From Hypanus sabinus (lineage: Eukaryota): a stretch of DNA of 64,000 bases. The translations under genes and the position numbers were made by a program. Positions 25,020 to 38,566 of this stretch are shown in pieces. Position 1 is the first letter of the stretch. Every line of letters begins with the position of its first letter. Below the pieces are notes generated by a model that was given only the letters and a program-made list of their open reading frames with translations, had not been told where the DNA came from and did not search any database. The stretch spans positions 21,204,001-21,268,000 of the forward strand of contig NC_082722.1 in assembly GCF_030144855.1 (NCBI RefSeq), written 5' to 3'.

Positions 25020-25730
25020 GAGCAACACACACAAAATGAACTCAGCAGACCGGGCAGCATCTATGGAAATTAATGAACAGTCAACGTTTCGCTCCGAGTC
25101 CCTTCATTAGGACTGGAAAGGTGGGAGGAATATGCCAGAATAAAAATCCGGTGAGATGGAGGACAAATTAGAAAGTGATAGGAGAAGCCAGGTTGAGGGG
25201 GTTTTGGGGGGAGGGGGGAAGAGGAGCGAGTGCGGTTGGGCGGTGGGAAGCTGGCAGGTAAGAGGTTGAAAATGCAGAATAAGGAATCTAATAGGAGAGG
25301 AAAGTAGACGATGGGAGAAAGGGAAGGAATTGGGACAGAAGAGGTTATAGGCAGCAGGGCAGAGAAGATAAGAGGACAGAGGTGGGAACAGAAAGGACAC
25401 GTGGGAGGGAAAAATACTTGAAGGAGAAGTCGATGTTCATGTCGTCTGTTTGGAGGCTACCTGGGCTGAATCCGACGTGTTGCTCGCCCACCCTGAGACC
25501 AGCCTCATGAAGGCGTACGGAGGGAACATGAATCGAAATGGATAGGAATGGATAGGAATAAAAATAATTGGTCACTAGCAAATTCCGCATTTTGGGATGG
25601 ACTGGAGGTGCTCGAAAAGTGGTCCCACAGTTTAAGTCGAGACTCACCAGTGTAGAGGAAGCCGCATCGGTAGCTCTGGCTCCAGTAGACTACGCTAACC
25701 GATTTGCAGGTGGAGTGTTGACTCACATTT
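25020..25730 (-). mobile_element. Penelope-like element 3' fragment with GIY-YIG remnant (block-2 copy)
   Basis: ORF 25505-25726 contains STCKSVSVVY...RCGFLYTGESRLKLWDHF. Terminal segment aacacacacaaaatgaactcagc. Confidence 0.75.
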
Positions 25731-27218
25731 CTTGGTTCTGAATGGAGGTGATGAAGTTATAATTTTCAGGTTGTCTTCGCCTGTCAGGTATTTTTTCCTT
25801 CCATTTAGATTTACATTTTTAATTCGAAAACAAGATGATCATGCTACAAGTTTGACAACACCTCAAAGTCATTTCCATAGCTATGTCAGTCTGGAATCTA
25901 GCTCGGTTGTGAAATAAATTACACAAATAATATCATTTTATTCATAGAACGGTCGCTTCTTTGTTTCAGTGCGCGATCTGATGTCGATATGCAACCACAT
26001 TTCATTATTTTCTGCCTTAAGTGAAAATAAAAATCAATCATTCTCCAAATAGTCTCTCATGATGTAAATGTTCACGCTTGGAAGACTGTCAGCAATCGAT
26101 TCGGTTAAAGATTAAGACTTAAAACTCTGTTTTATTTAACATTGTGATAAAGCTTCTCATTATTCTCTGTCCAGAATGCACACGCCGTAGATTCGAAACC
26201 CGGATGTCGCAGAAAAATATTAGAAACACAGTTGCGAAGAAGAGACTTTGAACTCAATTTACATTTTGAAAAAAATCTATTGTCTGTAACCTACACGTCG
26301 AGCTTTAAAAATAAAGCCAACAGTACGTAAATCGATTTTTGAGACACATGGAAATTTTAACCACAAAGACTTTCCGTGATATCATCAGCGGGTTCGTTAG
26401 TGCGTATCTATTCTCTGCTATTTCTAGTTTCCTGTTAACCTGCACGAGGAGTTTGTTGTAGATCTTTAGCTGAAAGAAAACATTGAATCCTGGAGTGCAT
26501 CACGAAGAGGGCTTTTACACCCGTTTCATCCATTCAGAACGAAATATTTACGAAGCTGTCCTTACACCTGCCTGCAGCACGGTACCATATCCTCTAACAA
26601 CTTGTTCTATATACCTACCGCCCTCTGTCTGAAAACCATATCGCGCCCAGCTCCTCTTTAAATATTTTCTCTCTCAGTTCACAGTTGTGTCTTCTAAATT
26701 TGGATCCCCTGCATTGAGAATTGGGCTATGTGCTCTTGCATATTAATGTCCGTAACAATTGTTTTTTTTTCAAATTCATAAGGTGATCCCTCAGTCACCT
26801 GTACTCCAGAGTAAACAATCCATGTCTATCCAATATCTCCGTGCCACTAAAACATTCCATCGCAGGCAACGTCCCAGATAATCTCTTTTGCTATTGTTCT
26901 ATCTCTACTACGTGCTATCTGTGGACCAGAAGAGCATACGACACGACACCATTGTCTACTGTTACAACATGGTGTTCCAGCTCTTGTCAAAATACTGCCA
27001 AGAGGGCAAGTAGGCTAAACGCCTTCTTATCTGGATCCTGATGTGTCGTCGTTAAGTGCACACTAAAATCCCTTTGTGCATCAACGCTTCAAAGATCCCC
27101 CCAGTATATCCTGTCACTATTCACTGCAGAGAAAATCATAAGCACAGGAGATCCTAAAATCCAGAGTAGCAAACACAAAATGCTGGAGGAACTCAGCATA
27201 GAAAACATAGAAACATAG

Positions 27219-27590
27219 TAAATAGGTGCAGGAGAAGGCCATTCGGTCCTTCAAGCCTGCACTGCCATTCAGTATGATCATGGCTGATCATTCAACTCAG
27301 AACCCTGTACCTGCTTTCTCTCCATACCCCCGATCCCTTTAGCTACAAGAGCCATATCTAACTTCTTCCTAAATATAGCCAATGAACCGTCCTCAACTAT
27401 TTCCTGTGGCAGAGAATTCCACAGATACACCACTCTCTGTGTGAAGAAGTTTTTCATCATCTCGGTCCTAAAAGGCTTCCCCTTTATCCTTAAACTGTGA
27501 CCCCTCGTTCTGGACTTCCCCAACATCGGAAACAATCTTCCTACATCTAGCCTGTCCAATCCCTTTAGAACTTTATACAGGTCAAGCACC
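27219..27590 (-). mobile_element. CR1 3' fragment inserted into a Penelope-derived short repeat
   Basis: (atagaaac)n tail, and ORF 27278-27682 with KSRTRGHSLRIKGKPFRTE. The short repeat resumes at about 27680. Confidence 0.85.
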
Positions 27591-29759
27591 ATCTCTGACA
27601 GGGGCTCCCAACCTCGGTTAATGGTGGGGGTCCATGGCATGAAAAGGTTGGAAACCCCTGATATATGGATAGGAATAAACAATCAACGTTTCGGTTCGAG
27701 ACCCTTCTTCAGTCTTTGAAGAGGATATGCCCTTGATTAGCCTGGTTTCTCAGGGGGAGGGAAGCAACGTTCCCTCCACTTAATTTTTCACAACACACGG
27801 ACCAACAGCTGCTCCAAGCAGGAAATTTTGCCATGGCTTGTAAAAGGATTATGTACGGACTGGCGGTTTGTTAACAATGATCTACCGAGTTCCATTCGGG
27901 GCTTATTGTTAGAATTTCTAACAGCGTTGAAACTTTAAACACTGACAATGTAAATATGTCGAAACTCTAAAATGTTACGCAGTAATAGTTGGGGTGCGGT
28001 TGATATTTTAAAAAGCGTATGGATTATATACACCAACAGAATTAATTACAGGGTATTTTATAATTATATTCACATAGATTTCAAAATTATATCAGCAACA
28101 AATGCGACCTGTGCGGGAGTGCTTCACTTACCATGTGGGGCGCGCCCGCACAGCTGAGAGGGAACAGTGATGGCAAGTGTATACAGGCTACAGAGATGGA
28201 AGGCTGGTTTCCTGATGGACTGAGCTGTGTCCATAACCTTCTGCATTTTTGCTGTGTTAGGCACCCTCCCACTGTCAACATTTCGGTATTACCATTGATT
28301 CGAGTCTTATGTATAACTTTGAATCATGGTAAAGTTGAATCTCGCTGTACAAAAGCTTCATATGTGTTCATTACAGACGAGGATTATACCTCTCTGGAGA
28401 AAACCTCTTCGTTTTGAATCGTCGACATAGATTCCTCTATAGACGGATGTAATACTTTGGTGTGAAAGAAAAATGATGCCGCTTATCGTCATGCAGAAAG
28501 GGTTCTCTGTGAATAAACAATGTTATTTCAATCCGCCGTCTGTATGATCCATCCACAAAGTGCAAAGTACAAGGATGGCCACTGGGGACTCACTGCCCTC
28601 CCACCTGTATTCAGATTTGTAAATATAGTACCATCCCTGTATCTACGTTGAGTTACCACGCCGGTGGTCCCTAACTACAAGACAATCAAATGCTACCTTC
28701 GCAGTCCAGCAGGTCGGAAGAGTTAAGACGTGCCTTATGATGTAGCAACTTTATTCGCTGCTATTATATTTAAGTTATACACTGCGCTGCACTTTAACAA
28801 GTGAATTCAATATCCGTATATACCTGTTTCCGCGTGGGTGGGATCACAATTCAGTGAATGCTTACGAGATGCTAACGTCACTTATAAGTTGTTTCCTTCT
28901 TATGTTGCCAGCGGGTCACTCAGTTATTTGGCCGCACAAATATAATATTTATTTCACATCATTCTGTGACATGAACATTTTTCGCCTTCTGAGACTGTTA
29001 ATTATCACCTAAGACATTGATAAGATCAATCGTGAAAAAATAGTAAGCTAAATTTCAAGATGATATTTATTAAAATGTGCAATATTCATTCGTGAATGCG
29101 CGCTCAAACAGGAATACATATTGATACATACATTTACTGTAGCCACTGCTTCTGAAATTTGTTTTTACATAGAGCCCATTAAGAAACAATTGCCAGAAGA
29201 GGGTTTGATAATGTCGTGCACTAACGTGCTTTTCTATCATTTTTTTTAGAGAGATCTATTCATTTTGTATACAGGATATTCTCCAGTGCTAGCAAATAAT
29301 GCTACAGGGTTGAACCGACGATGAAATGAGCTGACAATGAACACGTTATGAAACGTATTTTCGAAAATATCAACAGCACTTCACATTTGCTTGCTGAATT
29401 GGTCCGCTCTTGTGACTTTGCAATTCAGGAAAATGACAATCCGTTGTTTGTTAGTTTTATTCATGGGTAGATGGGAAAAGAAAAAGTCAGTTAGGAATAG
29501 AAAGATTCTGCCAATTAATAATAAGATATTAGATTTGGAACTTCTACTTGAATGTAGAAGTGAAAGCATTGTTTACGAGTGGAAAGGTCGAGGCGATTTG
29601 AGATGCAAAGTGACCTGGGTGCACGAAGCCAATGAATGATTCGCGATGGGAAATCTAGCCCAGCCACCCATCATTCAGACAAATCTTCAAGCAGAAAGCC
29701 GGCTGCAGGGGTCACGGGTCGGTGGTAAAACGAGGATGCTGATCAAGCCTATCAGCCAT

Positions 29760-32450
29760 AAGACCATAAGGTTTTGGAGGAGATTCTGGCCAGTTTGCCA
29801 ATGAGGTCTTCTCCATTCTTGTTAAGACTATAAGATATAGTAGTAGAAGTAGGCCATTCGGCCTATCGAGACTGCTAGGTCATTCAATCATGGGCTGATC
29901 CATTTCTTTTGGTCATGCCCAATACCCTGCCTTCACCCGATACCCTTTCATGCCTTGCATTATCAAGAACGTATCTATCTCTGCCTTGAATGCATACAAT
30001 TTATATTGGTCCTATATCTACCCTCGACCGCCTTTAACCCTTTATGTACTTGAAAATAAGCTTTTAGTATCTTCTTTGATATAAGTCGTCAGCTTCCTTT
30101 CAGAATTCATCTTTTCCTTCCTAATGACCTTCTGAGCTTCCTTCTGCAAGTTTTTAAGAGCTTCCAATTCCTCTATAGTTCCACTAGCTCTGGCTTCCTT
30201 GTATGCCCTACCTATTGCTTTTCCTTTGGCTCTGACTTTACTTGTTAGCCACGGTAGTGTCCTTATTACCTTTGAAAAATTTTGTTATTTGGAATATATC
30301 TATCTTGCACTTCCCTCATTTTTTGCAGATACTCCAGCCATTGCTGCTCTGTTGTCCTTCCTGCAAATGTCCATATCCAGTCAACTTCAACCAGTTCGCC
30401 TCTCATGCTATTGTAATTTCCTTTATTCCACTGAACTACAGACACATTAGATTTTATTTTTCCCCCTGAAATTTCAATGCGAACTCGATCGTTTTGTGAT
30501 CACTCTTGCCTAAGGGTTCCTTAACCTTAAGCTCTCTTATCACCTCCAGATCATTGCATAGCACCCAATCCAGCACAGCCAATCCCCTACTGGGGTCAAC
30601 AACAAGCTGTTCTAAAAAGTCATCTCTTGGACATTCTACAAATTCTCTCTCTTGAGGACCAGTGTTGAGCTGGTTTTCTCAATCCACTTTCATGTTAAAA
30701 TCCTCAACGATTATAATGACATTGCGTTTCTGACACGCCTTTTCTATCTCTTGCTGTAATTTGTAATCCACATCCTGGCTGCTGTTCGGAGGCCTGTATA
30801 CAACTGCCATCAGGGTCCTTTCATTTCTTAACTCAACCAGTAGAGTCTCTACACCTTCCATTACTATGTCATCTCTTTCTAATGATTTAATATGAATTTT
30901 ATACACAGAGCCACACCACACCCTCTGCCTACTAATCTGTCTTTCGGATACACTGTATATCCTTGGACGTTAGTCTCCCAATTGCAGCTATCCTTTCGCC
31001 AAGTTTCAGAGATGGCTTCAACATCATATTTGCCAATCTGTAGCTGAATTTCAAGCTCGTCCATTTTATTCCTTATGCTGCGTGCATTCAAATATAACAC
31101 TTTCAGTCCAGTATTTGTTGCTTTCTGTTTTAACTGCAAGACGCCTCTATTGCCCTGTAACTCACGCCACTGGCTGTGAATAAGCCTCATCTCCTGCCTG
31201 TCGTTTGTATAATCTCTGTTGCACGCTATCTTTGATTTATTTCTGTTTTCCCCTTCTTCAGCCCTGTCACTCAGGTTTCGATCCCCTGCCAAATGAGTTA
31301 AAACTCTCCCTATCAGCTCTATTAAACATGCCCGCTTGGGTATTGGACGCCTTTGAGTTCATATGTAATCCCCACCCCCCTTTTGTACAGGCCGTTTCTT
31401 GCCTAGAAGAGCCCCCAATGATCCAGGAATCTGAAGCCCTGCCGCCTACACCAGTCTCTCCGCCACACATTAATACGCCTGAACATGCTATTTTTGCACT
31501 CGCTAGCATGTGGCACAGACGACAATCCTGAGATTACTGCCCTGGACGTCCTGCTTTTCAGCTTTCTACCTAACTCACTGAATTCTCTCTTCACACTCCT
31601 CCCTTTTTCTACATTTGTCATTCGTATCAATGTGTACCAGGACTTCTGTCTGTCCACCCTCTGCCTTCAGAATACTCTGCACCCAATCTGAGACTCCCGG
31701 TACCCTGGCACCTGGGAGGCAATACACCATGCAGATACCTCCATCAGCCTGACAGAACCTGCTGTCTGTTCCCTTCATTATGGAACCCCCTATAACTACC
31801 GCATTCACCATCTTCCTCTGTCCCTTTTGTAACACGGAACGAGGCTCAGTGCCGCAGACCCGAACACCGTTGTCGTCCTCTGTAAAGTCATCCCCCCTCA
31901 ACCGCTTCCAAAACGAGATAACAATTACAGAGGCGGATGGCCACAGGGATGCTCTCTACTATCTGAGCTCTGCCCTTCGCTTCCCTGACCGTCACCCACT
32001 TAACTTATTCCTGCTGCCTCGGGGTAACTAACTCTATCTATCTCCTGTTCCTTCTCCCTAATAAGCCGAAGCTCATCGAGCAACAGCACCAGATCCCTAC
32101 CATATTCTGTCAGGAGCTGCATCTTGGCGCAAATGTGGCCATCTGGGAGACTGGAAGATTCCCGGGGTTCCTACATCTGACACCAGAGCAAAATACTAAC
32201 CCTACCAACATGTTAAAAAAATATAAAGTAATACCTCAAAAATTTAAAGAAAAAGCAAAAACGAAGTCCACCTACCCACTTACCTCGCCTAAAACAGAAT
32301 GAGCCAAAGCCTTTTGCTCCTACTCTCGCCGCTGGCCTACGCCTGACAATCGCCGCTCCGCTTAACCATTCTGGACTTTAGTTCGTCGAGCTCAGTTGCC
32401 GCCGCTCATGGACCAACGTCCGCCAAGCTCTCCTTTTAATTAACCGAGAT
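29760..32450 (-). mobile_element. Decayed CR1 LINE, 5' half (ORF1 SGNH esterase plus endonuclease)
   Basis: ORFs 31575-31901 and 31403-31657 (VIGGSIM, VHIDTND, WCRRQGFRFLDHW) and 30879-31292/30679-30921 (LYLNARSIRNK, VYRPPN). Confidence 0.85.
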
Positions 32451-32559
32451 ATCAGTACCGTCTTTAAGCAGGATTTTGCTACCAGAGCACTGCAGAGAGG
32501 ATAATGCGCATTCAATAAAAGGCCCGCAAGTACAGGTAGCGAGCCAAGTATCAAAGCCG

Positions 32560-34620
32560 GGAAAAGATACTGAATGAAGGATAGAATCTGTCACAAATTG
32601 GAAAAGCAAAGAGTGTAAAAGTGACCGTCACAGTGGATTTCTCATGGGGAACCCTCTCTCACAAATTTGATTCACTTGTTTTGAAGAGGCTGTGCAGAAA
32701 ATTGCTAAGGGGAGGGCAGTAGACTACATCTTAATTAAATTTTGCGAGGTCCCGTATGACAGTCTAGTATAGAACGCTGGGTGACTCGGGAGCCGGAGTG
32801 AGCCAGCCACATGAACACAGGAACACAAAATCGGTTTCCTAGGGAATCAGACGGTGATAGTGGAGATTTGATACCAAGAGTAAAGGCCTGCAACTAGTGA
32901 TCTATTGAACAGGTACGTCCTTGTTCTAGTATCGTGTGACATCTCTGAAATATTTAGTTAATAGTATCTTAGGCTGTTATAAATTTCAGGATGCAGCGGA
33001 ATTAGTGACATACCAGACAGTGAAAGTTAACTACGACGAGGAACTAGGAAAGTGGGCTAAGCAATTGCAGATAGATTTTAACTCGAATATTCGCAAATAT
33101 GAGTTCGTTGCTTTTTGGTTATTTAAGCTTGGGCAGAACTTGCACAACAGATTTCCGGCGTTGAAGTAGAACCCGGTGACTGAATGTTCCAGGCACTTTG
33201 ATCCGTAGAATTGTCGACGGACGTGGACAGGCTGGTAAATACGTTGTTTGTCACCATTGAATCGACAGTTCGGAATCAGAATCAGTACAGTATCACAATC
33301 AGGTTTATTATCACCGGCATGTGTCGTGAAATCTGTTAACTTAACAGCAGCTGATCAATACATAATCTACAGAAAGGGAAATGAATAAATCTAATAGACT
33401 TTGTGTATATTAAATAGATTAAAAACGTGTAAAAATAGAAATAATATATATTTAAAAATTGGTAGTATTCACGAGTTCAATGTTCATTTAGGAATTGGAT
33501 GGCAGAGGGGAAGAAGCTGTTCCTGAATCGCATAGTGTTTCGCATAGTGAATCAGGTTTCTGATACGCCTACCTGACGGTGACAGTGGAAAAATGGCTTG
33601 CCTTGGGTGCTGCGGATCCTTAATAATGGACGCTGCCTTTCTAAGACACTGCTCCTTGAAGATGTCCCGAGTACTATGTAGGCTTATACCCAAGATGAAG
33701 CCAACTAAATTTTATGACCCTCTGCAGCTTCTTTCGGTCCTGTGCAGTAGCCCCACAGCTTCCCCCATCATGCCAGACGCAGCCTGTCAGAATGCTGTCC
33801 ACAGTACAGTTATAGAAAATTTTGAGTGTTTCTGTTGGCATACCACATCTCTTCAATCACTAATGAAGTATAGTCGCTGCCTTGCCTTCTTTACAGCTGC
33901 ACCGATATATTGGGTGCCGGTTAGATCCTCAGAGAGCTTGACACCCGGAGACTTGAAACTGATCATTCTCTCCACTTCTGATCCCTCCATGAGGATTGCT
34001 GTGTATTCTTTCCTTTCCTTTTTTGCTGTGTGTCTTACCTTTTCTGAAGTCCAGAAGCATCTCTTTCGTCTTACCGACGTTGAGTGCAAGTTGTGGCAAT
34101 CAGTACAGGATCTGGGACGTCATGTACAACTGCACAAATCGTTGGTGAAAGAGTGTATTGTGCATTCGTTGGTGAAAATATGCCGTGTATTTTGATTGCC
34201 AACTATAGAAGAGATGCGATGAAGCTTGAGATAGTGCAGAAAAGATTGACATGTACAACAGCGTGATTTTAACCGTAGGAAGAGACTGGGGCTATTCATC
34301 CCTAGTGCACAGGTGGTTGTGCGCTGACCATATATATGTAATGTCAGGAAGGGTGTAGGCAGGAGCATGATCACAGTCTTTTACCCAGAATCGGTTCACT
34401 GAAAATGAGAATACATCGATTCCAGGCGAGAGAGAAAATATTGAAATAAGTCTAGGGCAAGTTTTTCAACAAAAGAGGTTTGGTAAATGGAACAGAGTAC
34501 CGGATGAATCTGTAGTGGATTCGATTACAGTGTCTGAAGTACATTTGGATTGTTACATGGATAGAAAATGTATATTGTGACAAAATCCAAAAGCAGCCAA
34601 ATGCGACCAACTGGGGTTTT
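32560..34620 (+). mobile_element. Old decayed CR1 fragment (block-3 copy), interrupted by a Rex1/Babar-like LINE
   Basis: 32560-33260 and 34250-34620 are paralogous to 22480-23750. Confidence 0.65.
33270..34100 (-). mobile_element. Rex1/Babar-like LINE 3' fragment
   Basis: KKARQRLYF, LKIFYNCTVDSILTGC, CLRKAASIIKDPQHP, PSGRR. (aatcag)n tail near 33275. Confidence 0.75.
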
Positions 34621-34834
34621 CAATGGTCCAATAGTTCTGTAGTTCCAATTTAATATCAGAGAATGCATACAACATACAACCTGAAATTATTGGACTTCGC
34701 AGGCATCATGAAGACAGAAGAGCACCCCAAACAATCAATGACAGCAGACACGTTAGTACCCCAAAGCCTTCCTCTCCCCTCGCACGAACAAGCAACAATC
34801 CTCGGTGCAAAAAGGAACAGTAGTTATAACGGGT

Positions 34835-37266
34835 TATATCTACATATAGATTGGGTGAACCAAATTGGTAAGGGTGCTGAGGAAAAGGATTTTTTGGAAT
34901 GTATGCGGGACGGTTTTCTGAACCAACATGTCGAGGAACCAACTAGAGAGCAGGCCATTCTAGATGGGGTTTTGAGCAATGAGGAAGGGTTAGTTAGCAA
35001 TCTTGTCGTGCGAGGCCCCTTAGGTAAGAGTGACCCTAATATGGTGGAATTCTTCATTAAGATGGAGGGTGACATAGTTAATTCAGAAACAAAGGTTCTG
35101 AACTTAAAGAAGGGTAACTTTGAAGTTATGAGACATGGATTAGCTAAGATAGACTGGCAAATGATACTTAAAGGGTTGACGGAGGGTATGCGATGGAAAG
35201 CATTTAAAGATCGCATGGATGAACTACAATAATTGTTCATCCCAATTTGGCAAAAGAATAAACCAGGGAAGGAAGTGCACTCGTGGATAGTATCAAGTCC
35301 AAAGAAGAAACATATAAATTAGCAAAAAAAAAAAGCGGCACACCTGAAGACTGGGAGAAATTCAGAGACCAGCAGAGGAGGGCAAAGGGCTTAATTATGA
35401 AAAGGAAAAATGATTATGAGAGAAAGCTGGCAGGGAACATAAAAACTGACAGTAAAAGCTTTTATAGATACATGAAAAGAAAAAGATTGATTATGACAAA
35501 TGTTGCTCCTTTACAGTCAGAAACACGTTCTGTCTTCACTAAGGAGGACATAAATAATCTTCCAGAAATAGTAAGGGACCGGGGGTCCAATGAGATGGGG
35601 GAACTGAGATAAATACATGTTAATAGGGAAGTGGTGTTAGGTAAATTGAAGGGATTAAAGGAAGATAAATCCCCAGGGCCAGATGGTCTGCATCCCAGAG
35701 TGCTTAAGGAAGTAGTCCAAGGAATAGTGGATGCATTAGTGATAATTTTTCAAAACTCCTTAGATTCTGGATTAGTTCCTGAGGATTGGAGGGTGGCTAA
35801 TGTAACCCCACTTTTTAAAAAAGTAGGGAGAGACAAACCGGGGAATTATAGACCGGTTAGTCTGACACCGGTGGTGGGGAAAATGCTAGAGTTGGTTATC
35901 AATGATGTGATAACAGCACATTTGGAAAAAGGTGAAATCATCGGACAAAGTCAGCATGGATTTGTGAAAGGAAAATCATACCTGACGAATCTTTTCGAAT
36001 TTTTGGAAGATGTAACTAGTACAGTGGATAGGGGAAAGCAAGTGGATGTGGTATATTTAGATTTTCAAAAGCATTTGTCAAGGTCCCACACAGGAGATTA
36101 GGGTGCAAACTTAAAGCACACAGTATTGGGGGTATGGTATTGATGTGGATAGAGAATTGGTTGGCAGACAGGAAGCAGACAGGTTGGTTGGCAGACAGGG
36201 AGTGAACGGGACATTTTCAGAATGACAGGAAGTGACTGGTGGGGTCCCGCAAGGCTCAGTGCTGCGACCCCAGTTGTTTACAAAATATATTAATGATTTA
36301 GATGAGGGAATTAAATGCAGCATTTCCAGGTTTGCGGATGACACGAAGCTGGGCGGCGGTGTTAGCTGTGAGGAGGATGCTAAGAGGATGCAGGGTGACT
36401 TGGATAGGTTTGGTGAGTGGGCATGTTCATGGCAGATGCAATTTAATGTGGATAAATGTCAGGTTATGCACTTCGGTTGCAAGAACAGGAAAACAGATTA
36501 TTATCTGAACGGAGGCCGATTAGGAAAAGGGGAGATGCAACGAGACCTGGGTGTCATTGTACACCAGTCATTGAAGTTGGGCATGCAGGTACAGCAGGCG
36601 GTGAAAAAGTCAAATGGTATGTTGGCATTCATAGCAAAAGTATTTGAGTACAGGAGCAGGGTGGATCTAATGCAGTTGTACAAGGCCTTGGTGAGACCAC
36701 ACCTAGAATATTGTGTGCAGTTTTGGTCCCCTAATCTGAGGAAAGACATTCTTGCCACAGAGGGAGTACAGAGAAGGTTCACCAGATTGATTCCTGGGAT
36801 GGCAGGACTTTCATATGAAGAAAGACTGGATCGACTAGGTTTATACTCACTGGAATTTAGAAGATTGAGGGGGGATCTTATTGAAACGTATAAAATTCTA
36901 AAGGGATTGGACAGGCTAGATGCAGGAAGATTGTTTCCGATGTTGGGGAAGTCCAGAACGACGGGTCACAGTTTAAAGATAATGGGGAAGCCTTTTAGGA
37001 CCGAGATGAGTGAAAACTTCATACAGAGAGTGGTGTATCTGGGGAATTCTCTGCCACAGGAAACAGTTGAAGCCGGTTCATTGGCTATCTTTAAGAGGAA
37101 GTTAGATATGGCCCTTGTGGCTAAAGGGATCGGGGGGGGGGGCGTATGGAGAGAAAGCAGGTACAGGGTTCTGAGTTGGATAATCAGCCATGATCTTACG
37201 GAATAGCGGTGCAGGCTCGAAGGTCCGAATGGCCGACTCCTGCACCTATTTTCTATGTTTCTATGT
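34835..37266 (+). mobile_element. CR1 LINE, 5'-truncated, RT largely readable
   Basis: ORFs 34663-35232, 35631-36101 and 36232-37206 (GVPQGSVL, FADD, RPHLEYCVQFW). (ttctatgt)n tail at 37250-37266. Confidence 0.95.
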
Positions 37267-37531
37267 TACCCCTACCCCAGCAAGAAAACAACAGCAAAGA
37301 CCCCAAGAGAGACCATGATCTGCAGTACAGAAAAAACTAATCGCCCAGCCAACCAATAGAACATGCCCCATCTCTCTCTCCCTAATAAAGGGACAGAGAG
37401 GTGTCACGCAGCGAAGGAGGGGAGCACCAAAAGCAAACAACTCGTTGAGTTATGGTGTTAATGACTGCTGCGTCGCTCTTCTCTTTTTCGAGTTCACTGA
37501 CTCGATAATCGGCAGCAAACTTTCTCCCATC

Positions 37532-37779
37532 NNNNNNNNNNNNNNNNNNNNNNNNNNNNNNNNNNNNNNNNNNNNNNNNNNNNNNNNNNNNNNNNNNNNN
37601 NNNNNNNNNNNNNNNNNNNNNNNNNNNNNNNNNNNNNNNNNNNNNNNNNNNNNNNNNNNNNNNNNNNNNNNNNNNNNNNNNNNNNNNNNNNNNNNNNNNN
37701 NNNNNNNNNNNNNNNNNNNNNNNNNNNNNNNNNNNNNNNNNNNNNNNNNNNNNNNNNNNNNNNNNNNNNNNNNNNNNNN
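37532..37779. other. Assembly gap (248 N)
   Basis: Run of N. Confidence 1.
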
Positions 37780-38504
37780 AGCGTGGAACCACACCAATGA
37801 AATGAATTTCGGTGCAAAAGTACCTGCCTGGAGTTCAGAACTGCAAGGTATATTCTCTGACTTGAAGGGAATGATGGGAATCGCATTCGAGGGTAAAACA
37901 AAGTACAGATGTCTTATGAGTTTAAAATACACTTTACAAATATTGGCCGAATTGTGTTTGTTTAAATTCTACAGATGCTTGTTAATTGAAATTTGAGCTG
38001 AAAATGTACTTATGTCTTTGAAAGTACTGATAACTAAGAAAAACATATTTTGCCTGTTGTATGCGGGAAGATTTAAATTTAGCAAAATAAAAAAAATAGC
38101 CATTTAAATCGATTTCGATTTGACAGTCCGAGTGAAACACCGGAAGTTATTGGACTAATTTCCTCAAGAAACGGATCGGACTATTGATGTAACCCCAAGA
38201 ATTTTGTAATATTATCCATGTGCATGGTTTTATCACATAAAGCCTTCCCCCAGCCATTAGAATCGCTGACATGGTTTAAAGAGGAATTTATACAAACATC
38301 TTGCAAGGACAGCAAATTCCACAATATTTTCTGTTACAATGTAAAAGATTATCCGAGAATCAAGGGTGAGAAACAAAGATAAAGCCTTGGATTTATTACT
38401 TTTCATCGGGTTATCGTTCAGTATTCTGTGTTCTGTATTTCCCTCTGTCACCGGCTGCTGTTTCCTATTGTTCCTGCATTTTTGGGGACGTCCAGTGCGC
38501 GGAA

Positions 38505-38566
38505 TGATTGATTGGTTGATTGATTGATTGATTGATCGGTTCATTTATTTATTTATTGATTGATTG
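38505..38566. repeat. (ATTG)n/(ATTT)n microsatellite
   Basis: tgattgattggttgattgattgattgattgatc...atttatttatttattgattgattg. Confidence 0.9.

Noticed and set aside
28375-28520. Plus-strand terminal exon reading DEDYTSLEKTSSF* with downstream AATAAA in block 2
   Set aside because: The YxxL frame is not kept in blocks 1 and 3, and no phase-compatible upstream exon was found. The AATAAA may just be a minus-strand pyrimidine tract.
37382-37996. ORFs of 135-183 aa spanning 37.4-38.0 kb
   Set aside because: Artefacts of reading through the N gap.
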